Below, piece after piece: positions 50,001 through 60,433 of a DNA stretch of 64,000 nt. Numbering within the stretch: position 1 is the stretch's first letter; each line of letters begins with the position of its first letter. Under the pieces are notes generated by a model that was not told the origin of the DNA, ran no database searches, and saw nothing but the letters and a program-made list of their open reading frames with translations. Source of the stretch: Stegostoma tigrinum (taxonomy: Eukaryota); contig NC_081379.1 of assembly GCF_030684315.1 (NCBI RefSeq), positions 13,091,667-13,155,666 on the forward strand. The letters are read 5' to 3'. A program made the position numbers and the translations under genes.

Positions 50001-53000
50001 ACTGCATCTTTACAGGAGGCACTACTTTGACTAATTGCAATGGGGCTAACATTTTCTAAATCAGATTGCTAAGAGACACTTGATCATTCTGCCCAATAGC
50101 CAGTCTGTGTATTTAAAAGCCATTGAAGTCTGACTTCAAATTCTGAATTATGTTTTACGCATATTTATGACAATATTTACAAATTCACTACTCCCACACC
50201 ATAGAGTTACACAGCATGAAAATAGACCCTTTGGTCCAACTCATCCGCATTGACTGCCATCCCAATCTAACCTACTCCCATTTGCCAGCATTTGGCCTAA
50301 CTCCCTCTAAACCCTTCCAATTCACTTACACATCCAGATGCCTTTTAAATGTTGTTATTGTATTCACTTCCAGCACGTCCTCTCGCAGCTCATTCGGACA
50401 TGCGCCATCCTCTAAATAAAGGTACCCCTCAAGCCCCTTTAAATCTTTTCCCTCTGACCTTAAGTCTATGCTCTCTAGTTTTGGATTTCCTGACCCTGGG
50501 GAAAAGACCTTGGCTATTCACCCTTTCCATGACCACCGTGATTTTATAAACTACTATAAGGTCACTCCTCTATGTCTGACACTCCAGGGAAAATTGCCCA
50601 GACCATTCAGGCCCTCCCTATAGATCAAAACCTCCTGTCCCAACAACCATCTTATAAATCTTTTCTGCACCCTTTCAAGCTTTAACAATATCCTTCCTAT
50701 AAAAGGGCAAAGAGAATTGTACACAGTATTCCAAAAGCGGCCTCACCAATATCCTGTGCAGCCACAAAACTGTCAACACTCAATGTTATGACCAAAGAAG
50801 GCAAGCTTGCCAAACACCTTCTTCACAACCCCATCTACCTGTGACTCCAGTTTCACGGAATTATGCTCCTGCACACCTAGGTCTCTTTGTTCACCAACAC
50901 ACCCCAGTGTCCTACCACCTACCGTGCAAGTCCTGACCTGGTTTGCCTTACCAAAATGTAACACCTCACAGTTATCTGAATTAAACTCCATCTGCCACTC
51001 CTCAGCACATTGGCCATCTGATCAAGGTCCCATTGTACCCTGAGATACTCTTTTTCACTGTCCATTACACCACCTATTTTGGTGTCATCTGAAAAACTAC
51101 TAACCAAACCTCCTTTATTCACATCCAAAACATTGTTATAAATGACAAAAAAAATCAACATGCATCATAAAGATCTCTGAAAGCTGCCTCTTATAGTAAG
51201 GTAACAAAGTGTGGAGCTGGATGAACACAGCAGACCAAGCAGCATCTTAGGAGCACAAAAGCTGACGATTCGGGCCTAGACCCTTCATCATTTTCTGAAG
51301 AAGGGTCTAGGCCCGTAACGTCAGCTTTTGTGCTCCTAAGGTGCTGCTTGGCCTGCTGTGTTCATCCAGCTCCACACTTTGTTATCTTGGATTCTCCAGC
51401 ATCTGCAGTTCCCATTATCTCTCCTCTCATGGTAAGGTCTAGTTTCAACAGAAGATATCTGGATTTTAATAAGAAAAGCCTTCCTGAAAAGTACCAACTC
51501 TAGAGGCAGCATTTAAGACATAAATTAATTAATTTAACTTAGGGAAAGGCTGTCCCTTCTGCATATGATGTCTCTTTAGAAGCTTGAAGAACTTTTCCAA
51601 CAGAAGAACTCTTCCCTTTTGAGCTGATCTCCCCGCAGAAAAGCAGTTTTGATGTTAATTGACCTCCATCACTAAATATCGGTTTTTGACAAACTAAGAA
51701 AATTTTTTAAATTGCTGGGTGAAACTGTAATGAATCTACTCTTCCATCTTGGTCCCCCAATTTGTCTTCAAACCATCATGCCACTATCCTTGCTTTAACC
51801 TCATATGTCCATAAGGATGTAAATATTCCTCCATATCATTTATGCAATAGAAATGGCTGTCCCCTATATGGCACATCTGTGTACACCCCAAATACTGCTG
51901 TTTGGCAGTTTTTATGAATGCTTCCTAGTTTGTTTGGTGGCAATCACACCTATACTCCAAAACATCAGCCTGAAGGTCTAGGTTATCAGGACAGTGATAT
52001 TACCACATTCTCACCATCTTTGCTATATGGGTTTCGGCACCTGGTGAAACCCCTGGTATGCAATATATTCTTTGACTTTAAGATAGGTCTTCTATCATTC
52101 ACTTACCTGTTTCCTTGTGACATCACACTTTGCTGCTTTCTCTCAAATGGATCACTTCACAGACTGAGACCTTGCTCCAGTTAACTAGTTAACTCTAATC
52201 CTTGTCACAAAAGTTTAGTTGATAGACAGATCATTATATGGGAAGTGACAAAGCAATCCTGAGTCTTTATTCATCAAATACCCCAGCTTTTATGAAGGTA
52301 ACATGAACCGTAAAAAGGTACAAAAGATACAAGAGGACTGACACTTCCCTGCAGGGAAGAAAGGAGCCGTAAAAAAATCTATTCATCCTGTTTTTTCATA
52401 TCTCATAGCTTGATTGCATCCACCAACACTGGTACAGGGGTGGACATCTAAAAAAAAAGGGGCTCATCCTGAAATAAAGGAAGGCTACTTTGTCACTGTT
52501 TTGTCCTGTGAACAAAATTCTTTCTGGATTAGTATGCTTACAGACAGAAGAATGGCGAGTTTATAAAGCTCTGACACAGCCCATTTTACCTGCATATTCA
52601 AATAAATTGTGCAAAAATAAATTTAGGGAAGTCAGTAGAGCCAAGGTGATGCGGGGGGCGGGGAAGAAGGACAGAAACAATCAAAATCAACAATGATGAT
52701 ACCTGACAAGAAACAAAAGCAAGGAACAAAATTCCAGAGGACTGATAATCGGAGCATTTAACTGCTCTCCAATCAACATTCATAATTGTTACCTTTGTGG
52801 CTTTCAGTCCTTTAGGTGATTTGTTTATACTTACCCTGGTATAATATATGGTTCGGTATAAATTCCAGCCTTTTGATCATGTGAGAGAATGAAGTGCTTT
52901 ATCCATGGTGCATAAACCTGATAATTTTAAGTAAATGAGATATGAAATGACTGAAATATTGGGTAACTTGAAACAAGTGAAATATATTGTACAACAGTAT

Positions 53001-56000
53001 TTCAAATATATCGGGAGCAAATACGAGGAGTATGGTAAATTATTTGCCAAATTATTACTACACAAAAATAGCTATCGAATATTCAGATATTTTCAGCAAT
53101 GTTACTGCAGGATACATTCTTTACTAAGTTTTAAATCATGTTTCAATGGAATAAAATTCCAATTAACCCAACTGTAATGGGTGAATTCAAGTAACTTAAA
53201 TTATAAAAGGAATATTTTGCTAATTTGCTAGCATTGGTTCCCACACATCAGGTCATTTCAGATTAGCATTTATGCCAAACCTGATTTGTCACTCACATTG
53301 CTTTCAGTACAGACACTCAAATAATTATTCTGTTGTGATAATTTGCATTTTAACACAACTATCACACGTGGTCTATTATGTGCAAGGGTGATAAACACCA
53401 AGAAGTTCATGGAGCTTCTGCATTCTAGTTACAGATACACATTAAGAAACGTCTTAGTGAAAGCGTTTGGCTCTCTCTTGGTATCTGCGGTGAAGAACAT
53501 GAAATGGGAAAAGAAGAATAATCATTTATTCTTCTGATTCTCCGAAGATTATAAGATGTAAAGTAAACTCACTTACCCTCATGATCTGTCCTCGAGCAGG
53601 TATCAGTTGTGGGTCTGGCTGCAGCTCTTGTGCTCGGATGCCTGTACAATTCACTATCACATCAAACTCTGGAGAAAGCTGCCAAAGATATGTGTATAAA
53701 ACAAACAGTATGTGTGGGGGAAAAAAAACTGATATCCAGAAACATACACATTCAAGCAGCATAATGTTGCATAAAAACATACCCCAGAGATTATACATCG
53801 TAAAATTAATAAAGAATACCTCTTGGAAGGAAGAGACTTTCTTTTGAACAAACTGGACTCCGTGTTCTTTTAACCTTAAATAAATGAAAAATGCCTATGA
53901 AGTCTTTACTGGAATTTCTACCATCATTTCAAATTATATTTCTCGATACTTCTAGAATACACATAGCACAAGAGTAAACTTTATACTATCTCCACAAAAA
54001 ATTAACCGTCTCACATTTTCTTTGTTATTCAATGCTTTCTAGCTGCAATGGGACTCAAGTGAAAATTCACTGTTGAGCCATTACAGTCACTGAACCCAGG
54101 ACATTACAGCACAAGGACAGACCCTTTGGTCCTCCAAGCCAGCGCCAACACATTCTGCCCTTCCACACTACGACTGTCTTCACTTACAGGATCTATATCC
54201 CTCTATTCCCTTCCTATTCATGCATTCATCCAGGCACTTCTTGAATGCTGTTATTGCATCTGCTTCCACCATCTCCTCTGGCAGCGCATTCCAGGTACTC
54301 ACCACCCCTTGTGTGAAAACTTGCCTCGTGCATCTCTTTTAAATTCCACATCGCTCCCATACTCCCCAATTTGAACGTTTGCCCCCGAGTAATTGTTCCC
54401 TCCACCCTGGAAAAATGCCTCAAACTTTCCATTCTATAAGATTGCAAATGGCAAGGATAAACATCTATCAAATCATCCCTCAATCTCCTGTGTTCCAGTG
54501 AAAACAAATCCAGTCTATCCAACCATTCTTCATAGCTAAATTCCCCCATATCAGGCAACATCCTGGTAAACCTTTTCAGTACGCTCTCTAAAGTATCCAC
54601 ATCCTTCTGTGGCCTAACTAAAGTTCTATAAAGAGGCAGCATAATTTGCTTAACCTTATACTCAATGCCTCTTTGACTGAAGGGAAGCATGCCATAAAGG
54701 CCTTCTGACTACCTTATTTACCTGCGCTGCCATCTTTAGTGATTTGTGGACCTGAACAACCAGATCCCTCTGCATATCAATACTCCTAAGGATTCTACCA
54801 TTCACTGTATAATTTCCACCTGTACTCGTCCTTCCAAAATGGATCACTTCATATTTGTCCAGGTTAAACACTATCTGACATTTTTCTGCCCATGCCTCCA
54901 ACTGATTTATATTTTGCTGTATCCTCTGAAAATTTTCATCATTATCTGAAAGTCCACCAATCTTTGTATCATCAATCAACTTACCAATTAGACCATTTTC
55001 CTCCAAATCATTTATGCAGAACACAATCAGCAGAGGTCCTAGCACTGATCACTGCAGAACATACTAGTCACAACCATTTCGAAAAGCACCCTTCAACCAC
55101 TACCCTCTGTCTCCTACAACTAAGCCAGTTCTACATCCATCTTGCCAGCTCACCACTGATAACACATAACTTCACCTTTTGTTACCAGTCTGCCATGAGG
55201 GACCTTGTCAAAGGCTTTACTGAAATCCATGTGGACAACATCCACTGCTTTTCCCTCAATCATCTTCATCATCTCCTCAAAAAATCTTGATCAAGTTAGT
55301 GAGGCACGATGTCTCCTACACAAAACCACGCTGACTATTGCTAGAAGTCCATTTGCTTCTAAATGCATATAGATCTTGTCTTTGAGAATCTTTTGCAATA
55401 ATTTCCCTATCATTGACGTGAGGGTCATAGGCAGCCAATCTTGGGCCTCTACAGCAGTGGTTCCCAACTCAGAAATGGGACTAGAAGAATTCCCCGTTAG
55501 ATGAAACTTTAGATGAAGGCTTAATTTTATTTTACTACATATACTGTCATTATCAAAAAAATGGATATACTCAAGCAAGAATTGGAAGCTGGTCAAATAT
55601 GAGCAGAAATAATACGGATAAAAAGGATTACATCTTACCTTGCCATCAACCAGGGTAAGTAGCTCTTTCCTTCCAACATTACTGCAGTGTTAAACCACCC
55701 ATGGCTGCAAAACAGAGAACATCCCTAAGTCATCAGCTAATTTTCTGGTTTTAGATTTGATCCAAAACCCAGTAGTAGGCATGGCTTATTCTGTGTATGA
55801 AGTCTAAAGAAAACTGTAGACCTCATGTTTTATGAAACCGTTGCAATTTCATTACACGCAGGAAACAAAAGACATCTTCCCTCAATTTGTTTCACTGTAT
55901 TTTTTCTTATATTGAGACACTAAACTTACATATTTAAAATGGCATGTACAATTTTAAGAAGAATGCCATGTTCAAATCCCTCCATGTTGTCATTCCTCTT

Positions 56001-57309
56001 CTCCGTAATCACTTCCTGCCCTTAAGCTTTTGGAGATTCCAGTTCCTTTACAGCTGGTGTCTTGTGCATGCCCAATTTTCATCACTCACTGCTGGCATCC
56101 TGGTGTTCTGGTCCTGACTTCTGGAATTTCATTTCTAAAACTCTCTGCATAGGTTCTTATTTTTCTAATTATATCTTAGCTCTTCGGTTAACTTTTTTGG
56201 GCCACTTATTCTAACGTATCTCAATGTAACTTAGTATTAGATTTTCTCTGATAATACTTCTGTGAAGCTTCTTGGGATAATTTACTACAAAAAGATACTT
56301 ATAGTTTGAAATATTTGTTGTGATATCTGGGAGGCCTGAAAAGACATTCCCATCTTTAAAAAAAAGATAAAACAAAGAACTGCGGAGCTGGAAATCTGAA
56401 ACAAAATGAACAGAAACTGATGGAAAAACTCAGCAGGTCTGGCAACATCTATGAAAGGAAGACAGAGTTTATATTTTGAGTCCTACGACCCTTCTTCAGT
56501 ATTTATAATATATAGGAAAAAGTTGCTTTTATGTTTATGAATGGCGAGTTGGAGCATGATTTAGAGCGGTAGGTAGGAGAATACTTCTTCAACTATGACT
56601 ATTATCAGGATATAGGAGGAGGATTAATTATTAAAATTGATATTTTGTCTTGTAATGAAGAAATCCTGGTTCCAAAAGTACTAACACTGAAGTATGTTGA
56701 AAGTTTAATGTTTATTGAAGAGGGAGCACAATTTTGCACACAACTGATTACTCTGATTTGGTTAGGTATGAAAGGGCCCAAAATACAAATCAATTTCTCA
56801 TCTGGAAGCAGATGCTTTAAAACATTGAATTCAACGGGAACTCTGGCAGAGTGGCTGTAAATTACTGTTCCTTAGAACAGCAACTGCTGCATCATCTGTA
56901 CCAGCAATGATAATGGCCCATCTACATGAACTGGAGTTTAGCACTATCAGCATGGACAGCTGGCAGGTATTTGGAAACAGGGTCACTGATAATCCTACAC
57001 GTTACAAAATTGAAAAGAAGTATTTTTGTTCACTTGGATTAATAGTTTTAACTTTCTTTACTGATCAACTGCATGCAAGGATTGTCCATTAACCTAGAGT
57101 GCAAATCAATGCCTATGGATAAATGAGAGATGGTTTATCTCTGGATTCAATTTCTACTTTCCAGGAATGCAACCTTTGGTGATACCACTGTCTGCAAAAA
57201 TATTTTAGGATGTCTTTCGGAAAAATAAATACCTAAATCCAGGAAACAGTCTGAGTTCTTCTTCTGTCAAATGTCTAAACCCCCAAACAGCATCTTTCCA
57301 GGATGGGTC
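43921..57309 (-). CDS. DAO: DAO, D-amino-acid oxidase; 5'-partial, last 8 coding exons (726 nt = 241 aa + stop)
   Basis: Minus-strand exons: 57233-57309, 55639-55704, 53820-53874, 53577-53678, 52835-52917, 48832-48949, 48647-48745, 43921-44046. All GT-AG and phase-consistent. Motifs include [28 protein letters not shown] (Tyr224/Tyr228 equivalents), GLRP (Arg283 equivalent), HNYGHGGYG and the C-terminal SQL. Lies tail-to-tail with SVOP, as in human. Confidence 0.96.
44197..44426. mobile_element. Tc1/mariner-superfamily (pogo/Tigger-like) MITE
   Basis: TIRs CAGGTAGTCCTCCTATAAC ... GTTATAGCAGAAATACCTG; TA on the left flank, AA on the right; 230 bp. Confidence 0.75.
47830..48600 (-). mobile_element. 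Degenerate LINE RT fragment (non-CR1 family)
   Basis: gaatggtgctgaacatt...agctgaaaatggttgggcc...gagtccttgatgccacac, RT-region antisense sequence. Confidence 0.55.
48647..48745 (-). CDS. DAO: DAO exon ([33 protein letters not shown])
   Basis: ttgcag acceptor, gtatga donor, 99 nt. Confidence 0.95.
48832..48949 (-). CDS. DAO: DAO exon ([39 protein letters not shown])
   Basis: ttttag acceptor, gttggt donor, 118 nt. Confidence 0.95.
49330..50190 (-). mobile_element. Decayed Copia-like LTR retrotransposon RT/RNase H fragment
   Basis: Minus-strand peptides in Copia order: [41 protein letters not shown] and Q(LLI)CFTK. Confidence 0.7.
50200..51160 (-). mobile_element. CR1 LINE 3' fragment
   Basis: ORFs 50919-51161 ([10 protein letters not shown]) and 50773-50991 ([14 protein letters not shown]); catagagttacacagc 3' end. 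Confidence 0.9.
51203..51422. mobile_element. Short inverted Penelope-like (Neptune family) insertion
   Basis: Inverted arms of about 88 bp; imperfect TSD cctcttatagtaagg / cctctcatggtaagg. Confidence 0.8.
52835..52917 (-). CDS. DAO: DAO exon ([28 protein letters not shown]), active-site lid
   Basis: ttatcag acceptor, GG|gtaagt donor, 83 nt. Confidence 0.95.
53577..53678 (-). CDS. DAO: DAO exon ([34 protein letters not shown])
   Basis: ttggcag acceptor, gtaagt donor, 102 nt. Confidence 0.95.
53820..53874 (-). CDS. DAO: DAO exon ([18 protein letters not shown])
   Basis: tttaag acceptor, gtattc donor, 55 nt. Confidence 0.92.
54095..55430 (-). mobile_element. CR1 LINE ORF2 fragment
   Basis: ORFs 54662-55045 (LGPLL...DDTKIGG) and 54226-54690 ([14 protein letters not shown]). 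Confidence 0.9.
55639..55704 (-). CDS. DAO: DAO exon ([23 protein letters not shown])
   Basis: ttttgcag acceptor, AG|gtaaga donor, 66 nt. Confidence 0.95.
56368..56500 (-). mobile_element. Penelope-like pseudo-LTR fragment (third family, degenerate)
   Basis: aaaacaaagaactgcggagctggaaatctgaa...actcagcaggtctggca...gacccttcttcag. Confidence 0.65.
57233..57309 (-). CDS. DAO: DAO exon ([25 protein letters not shown])
   Basis: ttcacag acceptor, AG|gtattt donor, 77 nt. Confidence 0.95.
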
Positions 57310-57894
57310 CTGTGAAGAAAAACGAACAAAGAATGTTGGATTAATTTTCCTCAAGTTCTGAAATATTACAACCATACAAATTAATTTTTTTTTTCCTTGC
57401 CATAATCTCAATTGCATACAGGTAAGACTTGAGTTTCAGTAAACAAAACTATATTCCATTCGGCTATCTTTCTGTTTACCTAGCTATCTGAGATTAGTGG
57501 TATATATGTCCTTGGGGACAGTCCACTGACATTTAGTTATCTGATTTCGAACGATACTAAGAAGGAACCAATAAGTTTCCTGTATGAACTCAGATCAATG
57601 CTTATACTTAGAAAGAGCAGGCTGCGCTGTACTGAGATAGTCAGGGCCAAATCTATCCAAAAGTATCATTGTGTAGGAAAACATCTTTAGAAATTAGTGT
57701 CACAACTTAAACTCAGCATTGGTCAGTAAAGTCAGCTTACAAGCATCACAATCTAGAAATCACTGCAAACAATATTGACACGTAAATGCTTAACATGGTA
57801 AGATTAAATTGGTCTGTTCACTACTTTAGCTGATATATTAGTTCACCAAATAAAACTGTATAATGCCAAAGTTAACATGAAGCATTTTTTAAAT

Positions 57895-58228
57895 ACAGAG
57901 TCCCTACAGTGTGAAAACAGGCCACTTGGCCAAATAAGTCCACATTGACATCCCAACCAGACTCACCCCCTTAACCAATCCTTGCACTTCCCACAGCTAA
58001 TCCAGCTAACTTACATATCTCTGGACACTCTGGGCATTTTAGCATGGCCAAACCACCTAACCTACACATCTTTGGACTGTGGGAGGAAACCAGAGCACCC
58101 AGAGAAAACCACGCAGACACAGGGAGAATGTATTAACTCTACACAGGCAGTCACCCAAGGATAGAATCCAGCCTGGGTCCCTAGTGCTGTGAGGCAACAG
58201 CGCTAATCAGTGAGTCATCATGCCAGCC
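57895..58228 (-). mobile_element. HE1-type tRNA-derived (V-domain) SINE
   Basis: gggaggaaaccagagcacccagagaaaaccacgcagacacagggagaatgt V-SINE core; tRNA-like head at the right end; CR1-like tail ccctacagtgtgaaaacaggcc. Confidence 0.85.
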
Positions 58229-59055
58229 CCCTTTTTTTTGCTCTGTTTTATGTGCCCAAACTCCATCAGAACTCTATCAGGGGAGTGAGATTGCTAAAAT
58301 CTAGGTCAAACAGTGCAAGTGTCAGAATATATATCATGTTCTTAGACTCTGAAATGGAAATAATTTAGAGATCAGCAAGTGGATCAAACTATTTTTAAAG
58401 TTAAAATGGCAAGACATTAAAAGGAGATGTAGCAACAATGATGAATTATAATGTATTTTAAGCATAGAAGAGATTCCAAATGAATTGGCACAGTTGTCTA
58501 TCGCTCACTGTCTCATATCAACTCCTTTTCTGCATTTAGTGAAAATTTTACAATGGTCTGCAGCACATGACACTAATTTTGTGGATCTTCACAAAATATA
58601 AAGAAATAGGAGGCCACATTGTTTGTGAACTCTCCAAACTATGTCTCCTTTAAACATAGCTCCCAGCTTTGGATATAATATTAATACAGTCATCCTATAT
58701 TGTGCTCCATACGTACGCTGAGCTTTTCATGTTTAGGTAAACTTTTCAAGTTCTGAGCTGCTTTGCAGCATTTCATCGTAGGCAAGTGCTGAAAGCATTT
58801 CACATTTGCCCTATAAAACCTGAAAACATGTTTGGTTCTGCCACTGAATAAAATGAAGTAATCACTTGCTGGCAATGCTCATCTCAATGGCAGCAAAAAG
58901 CAGACATTCGACTACCATCAGCTCAATTCATACAAATAATCTAAATTCCCAGTTCAAAATGCATAATTGCTGAATGAAACATACCGTGAAAGTAGATATA
59001 TAAAATTAGTTCAAAATCATGATGCCGAACAAAATGTCAAAAGGATCCATGGTGT

Positions 59056-59282
59056 GTCCTGAAGCAAACCAGGTTCTTCCCTGGACTGACCTATCCCCTC
59101 CCTACCTCCCCACCTATCTTCTTTTCTCTCCATCTTCGGTCTGCCTCCCCCTCTCTCCCTATTTATTCCAGAACCCTCACCCCATCCCCCTCTCTGATGA
59201 AGGGTCTAGGCCCGAAACGTCAGCTTTTGTGCTCCTGAGATACTGCTGGGCCTGCTGTGTTCATCCAGCCTCACATTTCGTT
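59056..59282 (+). mobile_element. Penelope-like 3' UTR / pseudo-LTR (Neptune family)
   Basis: Homologous to 33975-34247; 11-bp TSD atccatggtgt at 59045-59055 and 59283-59293. Confidence 0.8.
59192..59223 (+). ncRNA. Minimal type I hammerhead ribozyme motif (PLE-associated)
   Basis: CU-CUGAUGA-A-GGGU-CUAG-GCCC-GAAAC-GUC-AG: intact core, 4-bp stem II, palindromic ACGU stem III. Confidence 0.7.
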
Positions 59283-59805
59283 ATCCATGGTGTAATATGC
59301 TTTTCAGTCAGAAAGAACATGGGTTCAAGTACTACGTCAGGACTCAAACACATATTCAGGATTATATTTCAGTGTGGTTCTGACAGAATGCTGCCTTGCT
59401 GTTGAAGGCAATAACAACTTACATTTTTACAGCACCTTAATAGAGTAGACAATTATCAAAGTATGTCAAAAAAGGTTTATCAAAAACAGACATTAAAATT
59501 CAATTTATCCGTTCTGCCACGTTTATATGAAATTCATGATACCATCTAAAGATCAGTATGTCTGGCTTCATAATGTGAATAACATTTCTCCATCGATTGA
59601 TACCATGGAAAAGAAACAAATTGTCTCATTTGCTGTTGGCAAGATCTTACAGTGGGGTACTTGTCTGCCCTATGTGCCTACATTATCAATGATTATACCT
59701 CAAAAGGTTATTCTTTCTTACTGCAGAGCCTCAAAAGACATCTTAAGTTTACAGCATTTCAGTTCCACTTAACAGTCTCTGATTTCTGGTTATTTGATGC
59801 GTGAA

Positions 59806-60433
59806 TGGGAAACAATGGCCTAATGCTATTATTGGTGAACTGTTAATCCAAAGACCCAGGTAATGTTCGGGGGATCTAGGATCGATTCCCGCTACGACAG
59901 CTGGTGCAATTTGAATTCAGGAAATATCTGGAATTAAGAGTCTAATGATGATCATGAATCCATTGCCCGTTGTTGAGGAAAAACCCATTTGGTTAGGTTA
60001 GATTAGATTCCCTACAATGTTGGAACAGGCCCTTCGGCCCAACAAGTCCACACCGCCCCTTGGAGCATCCCACCTAGACCCATCCTCCTATAACCCACAC
60101 ACCCCTGAACACTATGGGCAATTTAGCATGGCCGATACACATCTTTGCACTGTGGGAGGAAACCCACGCAAACATGGGGGGAATGTGCAAACTCCGCACA
60201 GACAGTTACACAAGGCTGGAATCGAACCTGGGCCCCTGATGCTGTGAGGTTGCAGTGCTAACCACTGAGCCACCATGCCGCCCCAAATGTTCACTAATGT
60301 CCCTTAGGGAAGGAAACTGCCACCCTTACCTGGTCTGGTCTACGTTGACTCCAGACCCACAGTAATGTGGTTGACTCATAATTGCCCTCTGGGCAATCAG
60401 GGACAGGCAACGCTCTCAACCCATGAATGAATA
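59806..60433 (+). mobile_element. tRNA-derived SINE (second family), interrupted at 59993-60284
   Basis: Head tggcctaatg...ggatcgattccc; body aaaacccat.tggtt/cactaatgtccc split by the HE1 SINE; atgaatgaataaa tail. Confidence 0.85.
59993..60284 (-). mobile_element. HE1-type SINE nested inside another SINE
   Basis: A box tggctcagtggttagc and B box ggttcgattcc on the minus strand; V domain gtctgtgcggagtttgcacattc; (TTAGA)n tail. Confidence 0.9.

Noticed and set aside
43921-57309. Alternative call as DDO (D-aspartate oxidase)
   Set aside because: Exon sizes (77/66/55/102/83/118/99), the long Tyr-containing lid and adjacency to SVOP fit DAO.
60215-60284. tRNA-like A and B boxes (also near 21340-21425, 43280-43360 and 58160-58228)
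   Set aside because: These are SINE heads continuous with SINE bodies, with no full cloverleaf.
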